12,646 nucleotides of DNA, taken from contig JBDHHQ010000145.1 of assembly GCA_039589315.1 (NCBI GenBank), positions 1-12,646 of the forward strand. Direction: 5' to 3'. Position 1 is the first letter of the stretch. Every line of letters starts with the position of its first letter. Origin of the DNA: Gemmatimonadota bacterium. Lineage in GTDB: Bacteria > Gemmatimonadota > Gemmatimonadetes > Longimicrobiales > Gaopeijiaceae. Under the pieces are notes generated by a model. The model did no database searches. It had not been told where the DNA came from and saw only the letters and a list, made by a program, of their open reading frames with translations. This document shows positions 1 through 7,235 of this stretch, one piece after another. A program made the translations under genes and the position numbers.

Positions 1-761
1 GTCGCGTCGTACGCCTCGAAGATGCGGATGCAATCGCCGCCCGTGACGCCGCCCTCGATGTCCCACGTGAGCACCACCTCGTCACCCACATACTGGTAGA
101 TGACCGCATGATGCCGGGTGACCACGTCGGTCAGGTCGTAGAAGCAGTCCTGAATCAGCCGGCTGTACCGAATGTGTCCCAGCTTCTCCGCGTATGTCGT
201 CGACGATCTGAGGTCCATGAACATGAAGATGCGCTGCTCTTCCTTGGGCCGGTGATACCTCCCGAGCAGGAAGTCGATCAGGACCCCCTGGCCGAACTTC
301 TCGCTGACCTGCAGGACGAAGAGCCCATAGAGCACCGCGGCGCCCCAGTAGAGGACGGTCAGGATCGCGTGTCCGCTCGCCCAGTAGTTGACGAAGGCGG
401 CAGTCACCGCCGGGTCATAGATCGGCCGCCCCAGGCTCGCGCTCTGGATCAGAAGCGCGGCCGTGGACGTGAAGATGAGGATGCAGGAGAGGTAGAAGGC
501 GGTCTTGGTGAGCAGAGTGATCCCGTAAGGACGCCTACGCAGCACGCGGCTCAGGTAGAGGACCTCGAAACAGGCGATGGCCGTGCCTGCGACCGCCGTC
601 ACCAGGAGTGCGATGAGCAGCTGCTCCGGGAAGTTGTAGGGTACTCCCGCACCGGTCCTTTCGAAGCCCCTGGCCGACGCCTCATAGGTGACGATGAACG
701 CGGCGGACACCACCCAGAACACGACCAGGAAGAGGATCTCCCGGACTTGCGTCTTTCGCAT
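1..761 (-). CDS. Membrane-anchored adenylate/guanylate cyclase (class III) domain protein, 3' end beyond the window
   Basis: Translated by hand. ATG at 761 has GGAG upstream and reads MRKTQVREILFLVVFWVVSAAF..., with about 4 hydrophobic segments, then GRYHRPKEEQRIFMFMDLRSSTTYAEKLG...IYQYVGDEVVLTW. The FMDLRSST and VGDE motifs supply the two metal-binding Asp residues of class III cyclases. Open to the window edge. Confidence 0.9.
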   Translation of the reverse strand, partial: MRKTQVREILFLVVFWVVSAAFIVTYEASARGFERTGAGVPYNFPEQLLIALLVTAVAGTAIACFEVLYLSRVLRRRPYGITLLTKTAFYLSCILIFTSTAALLIQSASLGRPIYDPAVTAAFVNYWASGHAILTVLYWGAAVLYGLFVLQVSEKFGQGVLIDFLLGRYHRPKEEQRIFMFMDLRSSTTYAEKLGHIRYSRLIQDCFYDLTDVVTRHHAVIYQYVGDEVVLTWDIEGGVTGGDCIRIFEAYDA

Positions 762-1167
762 GGCAAACTCCGTCGAGCGATGAGGGACGAGCCAGCCCTC
801 CTTCGAGGCTGAGGTGGAGGCTAACCGGGCAGTTGGAAGCTCACCACCCACCGCTCGAGTGAGATCTTGCAGATGCTCATGTGCCTGGACGCGGGAACGG
901 GACGTGGCTCGATGCCTACTCGGCGGGCGATGGCGCCGCCACTCTCGCCCCGTTCGTCCTCACGGGAGCCACGTGGGTGCTGGGCCGGCCACGAGACCCG
1001 AGCCCGTCGCCTGGGGCCGGAGAGTCGCGGACGACGCCTGGGAAGGTGGTGCGGGCCGGACTTGTGGGCGTATCATGCTCGATCCCCAACGGCACTGATT
1101 CGCGGAGGAGTTGCCACTTGAAGTCGGATCGGGAAACGACTGCCCAGTCGGGAGAGTGCCGGGCTGG

Positions 1168-3042
1168 ATGACTGAACGAGCCCGTGACCTGCTCCGCCTC
1201 GCGCTCCTGCTGGGACTCGCGGCCGGGTTCACCGAAGTGGCGGTGCTGGCCATCGTCAAGTACGGGGGTCTGGCTCTTCCCGAAGGCAGGCTCGCCCTGG
1301 GCGTGGTGGGCCAGCGCCACGGATACCTTTGGCTGAGCCCCCACATCGTCTGGATGTCTCCGGTGGCGTACGCCGTCCTCATCGGCGCAACCGCCACGGT
1401 CGGGCTCGGGCTCATGCGGTTCATCCCGAGGCGGATCCAGCGACGGCACGTTGTCTGGATGCTGCTCTTCGTTGGGTTTATCAGCCTGATCTGGATCAAC
1501 CCAAGACTACATGCCCTGGCGGGACTGCTGTTGGCAGCCGGGATCGCTGTGCAAGCGACGCGGTGGCTGGAGCGAAGAAGCGAGGGCGTCGACCGTGTGG
1601 CCCGCCTTGCCACGCCGGTACTGGCCGGGGCAACGCTGCTGCTCATGGTAGGTATGCTGCTGCGGGATCCGGTCAGCGAGCGCAGAAGACTCTCCATGGT
1701 CCCGGCTCCGGCCCCCGGCACGCCCAACGTCCTCCTGGTGATCCTGGACACGGTCCGGGCCGCCAGCCTGTCGCTCTACGGATACGGACGGCCCACCACC
1801 CCCAATCTGGACGCCCGGGCCGCCCGCGGGGTCGTGTTCGACCGGGCGTACGCGGCGTCGCCGTGGACGCTGCCGTCCCATGTGAGCGTCTTCACGGGAC
1901 GCTGGCCGTACGAAGTGACCGCCGGATGGTTCGTGCCTTACGAAGGTGAGTTCACCACCCTGGCCGAGGTGCTGGCCGAGCGGGGGTTCCACACGGCGGG
2001 GTTCGTGGCCAACACAGTCTACGACGCGTGGGAGTCGGGCCTGAGTCGGGGGTTCATGCACTACGAGGACTACGAGATCACCCCCGAGGAGTTCTTCCTC
2101 AGCACGGGCTTCGGACGGAAGTTGGTTCACCGGCCCTGGCTCCGTCGTCTCGTAGGATTCTATGACATCCTCGACCGCAAGGACGCCGCGGAGATCACCA
2201 CCGACTTCCTCGATTGGCAAGGGGACACCGGATCGAGGCCCTTCTTTGCGTTCCTGAACTACCTGGACTCCCACGAGCCCTACCTCCCCCCGGAGGATCT
2301 GGCGAACCGATTCGGCCCCCAGGGACCCCGTCATCCGGAGCTTCACACGTATCAGATCCGCCGGGCCATTCGCATGGGCCGGGAAGATCTGCCACCGGCC
2401 GAGCTCCAAGCCGAGCTCGATGCCTACGACGCGACGATCCTCTATCAAGACCAGGAGCTCGAGCGGCTGTTCGCCACCCTCGATGACCGGGGCGAGCTGG
2501 ACAACACGATCGTGCTGCTCATGTCCGACCACGGCGAGCAGTTCGGCGAGCATGGTCTGCACCTGCACGGCAACGCCCTCTACGACCCGGTCGTACATGT
2601 TCCGCTGGTGCTGTGGTTCGGCGACCGGATTCCGTCGGGAATCCGTGTGCAGGAGCCGGCGAGCCTCCGGGACGTTCCGGCGACCGTCGCATCGCTAGTG
2701 ACCGGATCCGCCGATCCGTTCCCCGGGCGATCGCTGGCGCGGTACTGGAGCACGGGCGCCGGGGGGACCGAAACTGACCCGCGCGGCGCGGACGCGGTGG
2801 TATCGGAGTTCACGGACATCCGCGGCGCACCCATCGTGAAGTCGGTCACCGACCACCGCTTCCGCTACATTTGGAGCGAGCGTGGGGAGCAGGAGCTGTA
2901 CGATCTCCTCGCCGACCCGGGGGAGTCGAGGAACCTGGTGGGCGAAGCGGACTACGAGCAGACCGTGTTGCGCATGCGCAGGCTCATGGCGCCGCACATT
3001 CGAGGCGACCGGGTCCTCTGGGAGCGACTGCCGCAGAACTGA
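1168..3042 (+). CDS. Membrane-anchored sulfatase-like hydrolase/transferase (alkaline phosphatase superfamily)
   Basis: About 5 N-terminal hydrophobic helices, then PNVLLVILDTVRA, SPWTLPSHVSVFTG, RPFFAFLNYLDSHEPY, SDHGEQFGEHG, LYDPVVHVPL and ELYDLLADPGE. Start is uncertain: ATG 1168, GTG 1156 or TTG 1111. Confidence 0.9.
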   Translation: MTERARDLLRLALLLGLAAGFTEVAVLAIVKYGGLALPEGRLALGVVGQRHGYLWLSPHIVWMSPVAYAVLIGATATVGLGLMRFIPRRIQRRHVVWMLLFVGFISLIWINPRLHALAGLLLAAGIAVQATRWLERRSEGVDRVARLATPVLAGATLLLMVGMLLRDPVSERRRLSMVPAPAPGTPNVLLVILDTVRAASLSLYGYGRPTTPNLDARAARGVVFDRAYAASPWTLPSHVSVFTGRWPYEVTAGWFVPYEGEFTTLAEVLAERGFHTAGFVANTVYDAWESGLSRGFMHYEDYEITPEEFFLSTGFGRKLVHRPWLRRLVGFYDILDRKDAAEITTDFLDWQGDTGSRPFFAFLNYLDSHEPYLPPEDLANRFGPQGPRHPELHTYQIRRAIRMGREDLPPAELQAELDAYDATILYQDQELERLFATLDDRGELDNTIVLLMSDHGEQFGEHGLHLHGNALYDPVVHVPLVLWFGDRIPSGIRVQEPASLRDVPATVASLVTGSADPFPGRSLARYWSTGAGGTETDPRGADAVVSEFTDIRGAPIVKSVTDHRFRYIWSERGEQELYDLLADPGESRNLVGEADYEQTVLRMRRLMAPHIRGDRVLWERLPQN

Positions 3043-3124
3043 CCACGGCGATCGAGCCGGTGGCGGGCCTGGCCTCCAGTCCGAGCGATCGGCGCCAAGG
3101 CCTGAGAAGCGAGAGGAAGCGGTC

Positions 3125-3286
3125 GTGTACATCGGTCCCGAAACTCTGATGCCCATCGCCTCGGCGGCTGCCGCTGCGGTCGGCGTCGCACTGATGTTCT
3201 GGCACCGTCTCGTCGGCTGGGTCAAAGCCGCGTTCCGCTGGCTGGGGCGTCGGTGGGCGGGCCGCCGGGAATCGGTCCCGGACTAG
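3125..3286 (+). CDS. Small membrane peptide (53 aa) with YIGPET motif
   Basis: GAGAGGA SD at 3111-3117, GTG at 3125. Reads MYIGPETLMPIASAAAAAVGVALMFWHRLVGWVKAAFRWLGRRWAGRRESVPD: one hydrophobic helix followed by an amphipathic Trp/Arg-rich tail. Fills the gap between two co-oriented genes. Confidence 0.75.
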   Translation: MYIGPETLMPIASAAAAAVGVALMFWHRLVGWVKAAFRWLGRRWAGRRESVPD

Positions 3287-3304
3287 ACTCACCGCACCTC
3301 CCTA

Positions 3305-5139
3305 TTGGTGGCCCCCTACCGCCGCGTCGTCGTTCTGGGGCTGGACGGCCTCGATCCCGCCATCACGCGGAGGCTCCTGGAGGCGGGCGAGCTCCCCATC
3401 CTGGCCGGGCTGGCCAGGTCCGGCGCCTTCGCCCCCGTCCGCACGACCGCTCCCGCCCAGACGCCCGTGGCCTGGTCGACGTTCGCCACCGGGCTCAACC
3501 CCGGAGGCCACGGCCCGAGACCTACCTGCCGGATACCGGCCTCAACGAGTTCAGGGAGAGCCGAGGGCTTCGCCCGCCAAGCCCAGTCAATCTCCGGGGC
3601 GGCCGAGCTGTCTGGGACGTCCTGACCGAGGCGGGTGTGCCGTCGGCGATACTCCGCTGCCCCTGTGCCTATCCCCCGGACAAGCTCCGGGGTCGATTGC
3701 TGGCGGGTCTCGGCGTTCCGGACCTGCGGGGCGGAGTCGGAACCCCGACGTTCTTCACGTCCGATCCCGGCGCGCGGGCCGGCGATAGCGAGATCCTCAT
3801 GCGGCTCCGGCCACGAGGCGGACGGGCCCAGACGCGCCTGAAGGGACCGGGGTTGAAGGGGCGGGCCGAGGACGCCGAGATCCGGCTGAAGCTGGAGATA
3901 GACGGGGAAAGGCGGGCCGTGCAGATCAAGGCACCGGGCTGGCGTCGCTCGGTTCTGGTGGACCTGAACCAGTGGAGCCCCTGGCTTCGGGTCAGATTCC
4001 GCCTGGGTCCCCTCCAGTCTGCCCACGGTGTGGTACGATTCCGGCTGCTCAGTCTGGAGCCTCACCTCGAGCTGTACGCCTCGCCAGTGAACTTCCATCC
4101 TCGGGTGCCGCTCTTTCCGATCAGCCACCCTTGGGACTATGCGGGAGAGCTCGACCGGGCGCTCGGCACGTTCTACACAGCGGGCTTCGTCGAGGACCAT
4201 ACCGGACTCAGCAACGGACGACTCGACGAATCCGCCTTCCTGGAGCAGTGCGCCCTGGTGATGGCGGAGCGCACGTCCCAGCTCCATTACGAGCTGGACC
4301 GGTTGGACGAGGGTCTGCTGTATTGTCTCTTCGACACACCAGACCGGATCCAGCACTTGTTCTGGCGCTTCACAGAGCCCGACCATCCAGCCAATCGGGG
4401 ACAAGACGTCCGGCAGTGGGCGGGAGTGATCGACCGGCACTACCAGGAGTGCGACGCGGTCGTGGGCGAGGTCCTCCAACGGGCCGACGAACATACGCTC
4501 GTGATCGTGCTCAGCGACCACGGCTTCTCTAGCTACCAGCGCGGCTTGCATCTCAACACCTGGCTCCACGACCAGGGCCTTCTGGCGCTCAAGGACGGTG
4601 CGGAGCCGGGTGAGGCGGCAGGAGACTTCTTCCGCTTCGTGGACTGGGAGCGGACGCGAGCCTACTCCCTGGGACTGGGCGGCATCTACCTGAACCGGCG
4701 GGAGCGCGAAGCGTTCGGGACCCTGGACGCGGAGTCCGCCCGTGAGGTGGAGGAGCGGATAATCTCGGGGCTCAGTGGCCTGCCGGACCCCCACCGGGGC
4801 ACCGAGGCGGTCGTGTCCGTGGCCCGCGCGCGAGATCTCTACCGTGGTCCCTTCGTGGACCGGGCGCCTGACCTGCTGCCTCTGTTCGCGGCGGGGTACC
4901 GTTCCTCCTGGGCTACCACACTGGGCGGCGTGCCCGAGGGCCACTTCGAGGACAACCTCCACGTGTGGAGCGGAGACCACGTGATCCACCCGTCCCTGGT
5001 ACCCGGCGTGCTATTCCTCGACCGCCCATGCCGGGGCGAGGGGGTCTCGTTGACGGATCTGGCGCCCACGATCCTGGAGGCGCTGGGCGTGCCGGTGCCC
5101 CCGGAGATGGAGGGGCGCTCCCTGTTGGATCCGGCCTGA
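3305..5139 (+). pseudogene. Alkaline phosphatase superfamily protein (type I phosphodiesterase/nucleotide pyrophosphatase-like), frameshifted at about 3513
   Basis: The 3305 frame gives RRVVVLGLDGLDP...TTAPAQTPVAWSTFATGLNPGGHG. The 3253 frame continues PETYLPD...DTPDRIQHLFW...SDHGF...SGDH...DLAPTIL to TGA at 5139. The two halves of one domain lie in different frames. Could be a real lesion or an assembly error. Confidence 0.85.
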
Positions 5140-5152
5140 CACCCGGGCGCCA

Positions 5153-5176
5153 CCGCCGGACCCGGTTCTCCGGCGG
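5153..5176. terminator. GC-rich hairpin between convergent genes (possible terminator)
   Basis: ccgccgga (5153-5160) and tccggcgg (5169-5176) form a perfect 8-bp inverted repeat with an 8-nt loop just after the stop at 5139. No clear U-tract. Confidence 0.35.
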
Positions 5177-5266
5177 CGTCGTTCACCTCTCCGTCAGCCT
5201 GCCCGCGAAGTTCGCCCGGCGTCGCGCCACCCACCTGCGCTGCAGCTCCCCGCAGGACAACGCCTG

Positions 5267-6895
5267 CTACGGGACGGCTTCGCAACCAGCCGAAGGCGTC
5301 AGGTCCACCAGCACCGCACCCGTCGCCAGGCGCTGGACCTCGGAGTACGCCCCGTCGCCGCAACGGCGGCTCAGCTCCTCCAGCGTCTCCCCATGCACGG
5401 TTCCTCCCCACTCCACCAGCAGGAAGTCCAAGCCGGCCGCGCGCCAGAGCGCCAGCTGCTCGTCCGGAGTGCCCCAGCGGGGCCCGTGGGAAGAAAACGG
5501 CAGAAACCGCGCCGAAGGCGCCGCCTCCCGGCCGGTGTATAGGGCCAGCCCAGCCCACGCGTCGGGAGCACCGACCACTGCGTCCGTCGGCACCCGCCGC
5601 ACCACCGCCTGCGCGGCGTCGTTGAGCATGGCGCTCCGCTCGAGGAATCCGGACCGGTGCTCCCCGCTCGCCAGAGCCAACGCCGTCCACAGCAGAAACC
5701 ACCCGGACCAGGCCGCCGCCACACCGATCCCCATGCGCCGGATCAGCGGTCGGTCCAGCATAGGGACCGAATCGGCGATGCGTCCCGGCGCGCCGACCCA
5801 CAGCACATGCACTCCGGCCACCAGCAGGAGCGCCAGCAGAGGCAGTCCCGGAACGATCAGACGAAACTCCTTGAACGGCCAGAGCCAGGCCAGTGCCAGG
5901 TATCCGGCGAGCGCCAGCAAGGGCGTCCTTGACCGGGACCAGAGGGAATGGGCGCCCAGAGCCAGGACCGGTGCCACCGTGATCAGCGCCACCAAACGCA
6001 CCGGCGGCGGCAGCTCCGGAAGCACAGCAGTGGCGTGGTGAGCCATCAGCAACGACGCCTCCGAGGCCAGTCGCCCGGCGTAGGCCAGGGGATCCGCAAG
6101 AATCTGAGCCCCGAGCCAGGGCCCGTACGGACCCAGGATGTCCCGCATGGGAACCGGGATGGCCTTCGCCGCCCGACCGCTCCAGACCGCCCACGGCAAT
6201 AGCAACGCCAGGGAGGTCCCGAGCACGATCAACGCGTCCCGTGATCGGCGGCGCGTGAGGAGCGCCAAGCAAAGCGCCAGGGGGAAGACGACACCGGCCG
6301 TCCGAGCGTACATGACCGCACCCATACTCGCAGCCAGCAGCACCCAGAGTAGCGCTCGCTCGCGTGACCCGTCCGGAGGCCGCTCCATCTGGGCAGATGT
6401 CCAGAGCGCCCCTACCGCCAGGAGAAGAAACAGCGGCTCCGAGAGCGGCAGCGCCGACACCTGCCAGACATGAATGCTGATGAATCCGAGCGTCGAGCCG
6501 GCGACGGCGAGCGTGGATCCGAAGCCCAAGAATCGCTGCTGGAAGGCGGTGAACAGGCCGGCAGCTAGCGCAACCAGCGCCACGTTCAGCCCCTCGAACA
6601 CCATGACGTTGTCGGGAAATGACGGAAAGACCCGCCAGAGCGCGGCCAGCACCAGGGGATAGAGAGGCGGAAACTTCGCTCCGGGTGGTGCTCCCGGGAC
6701 CCCAGCGTACCGGAGGCCCTCACCGTTGGCGAGGGCTTTGCCCAGGAGCACGTAGACTCCGTCGTCGTGGAGGATGCCCACGGAGACGGGGCGCCAGAGG
6801 ATCGCACCCAGGATCGCGAAGGCTGCGGAAACGGCCACAGCCGTGATCCACGCCGGACGGTCGTCCGGCACTGATGCGCTTGTCTCGCTCGCCAA
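5267..6895 (-). CDS. Integral membrane glycosyltransferase, GT-C fold (ArnT/PMT-like)
   Basis: TTG start with GGGGGAG 5 nt upstream. Acidic motif HDDGVY after the first TM helix, then KFPPLYPLVLA, LSEPLFLLL and RTAG. About 11-13 hydrophobic segments and a soluble C-terminal domain. Confidence 0.8.
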   Translation of the reverse strand: MASETSASVPDDRPAWITAVAVSAAFAILGAILWRPVSVGILHDDGVYVLLGKALANGEGLRYAGVPGAPPGAKFPPLYPLVLAALWRVFPSFPDNVMVFEGLNVALVALAAGLFTAFQQRFLGFGSTLAVAGSTLGFISIHVWQVSALPLSEPLFLLLAVGALWTSAQMERPPDGSRERALLWVLLAASMGAVMYARTAGVVFPLALCLALLTRRRSRDALIVLGTSLALLLPWAVWSGRAAKAIPVPMRDILGPYGPWLGAQILADPLAYAGRLASEASLLMAHHATAVLPELPPPVRLVALITVAPVLALGAHSLWSRSRTPLLALAGYLALAWLWPFKEFRLIVPGLPLLALLLVAGVHVLWVGAPGRIADSVPMLDRPLIRRMGIGVAAAWSGWFLLWTALALASGEHRSGFLERSAMLNDAAQAVVRRVPTDAVVGAPDAWAGLALYTGREAAPSARFLPFSSHGPRWGTPDEQLALWRAAGLDFLLVEWGGTVHGETLEELSRRCGDGAYSEVQRLATGAVLVDLTPSAGCEAVP

Positions 6896-6952
6896 ACGGG
6901 CTCCCCCGCGGGTTTCTCGCTGCCGACCCTGCCTCGATCCGGATCTCCCGGC

Positions 6953-7213
6953 CTAATTGATCGGCGTCGCCCGATTGGCGCCACTCAAACGGAACCCCGC
7001 CCATTAGAATGCGGCACTCCACTCCGGGTCCTCGATCAGCGCCCTCTGAGCCCGGGCCAAACCCTCGGCCGGAGTGCGACTGGCTCCGGCCCCGGCGTGG
7101 GACGACACCGCGAGCGCCGCCGCGCCCGCGTCGTCGACGGGCCACAGCGTCGCGATGACGTTGGCCGCGCCAGCGTAGAGGAACGCCCGCTCCAAGGTGG
7201 TATGGTCCTCGCC
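6953..7213 (-). pseudogene. CHAT (caspase-like) domain C-terminal remnant, 5'-truncated with an internal stop
   Basis: Reads GEDHTTLERAFLYAGAANVIATLWPVDDAGAAALA...AEGLARAQRALIEDPEWSAAF*WAGFRLSGANRATPIN*. This matches the CHAT C-terminal signature (AFLxAGA..V.ATLWxVxD...F-Y-WAGF.L.G). TAA at 7004-7006 sits where Tyr is expected. Confidence 0.85.
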
Positions 7214-7235
7214 CGAGCGTGCAGGCAGCCCCCTA

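Noticed and set aside
108..812. 234-aa + strand ORF
   Set aside because: Antisense shadow of the cyclase gene, which has recognisable motifs on the - strand.
830..839. 10-bp word cagttggaag, also present inverted at 11068-11077
   Set aside because: One 10-bp match among the intergenic regions is expected by chance, and its orientation relative to the downstream genes differs.
819..860. ggctaac...agttggaagc resembling the left end of an integron attC site
   Set aside because: No matching GTTRRRY end with an extended inverted repeat, no second copy and no integrase.
814..1121. Short ORFs in the divergent intergenic region (814..1098, 867..1121, 5' part of 881..1171)
   Set aside because: No recognisable motifs or convincing SD, and composition is typical of GC-rich spurious ORFs.
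1038..1160. Cobalamin-riboswitch-like words (tgggaaggtggtg, gccact, gggaa, agtcgggagagtgcc)
   Set aside because: The expected paired stems and the CCCGCAACTGT-like core are missing, and the downstream gene is unrelated to B12. An Infernal/Rfam scan would settle it.
3253..3510. N-terminal 86 codons of the 628-aa ORF 3253..5139
   Set aside because: Pro/Arg-rich off-frame translation. The real N-terminal motifs are in the 3305 frame.
3505..3520. Programmed ribosomal frameshift as the explanation for the split gene
   Set aside because: No slippery heptamer is present, and conserved residues appear to be missing at the junction.
3316..6272. Long alternative ORFs 3316..4989 (-), 4839..6272 (-) and 4965..6041 (+)
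   Set aside because: Antisense or off-frame shadows of genes with clear family motifs, as expected at high GC content.
1..7213. Cyclase plus caspase-like CHAT as an anti-phage signalling system (Pycsar/CBASS-like)
   Set aside because: The two genes are over 6 kb apart, CHAT is a non-catalytic remnant, and the cyclase has a membrane-sensor architecture with no adjacent effector visible in this window.
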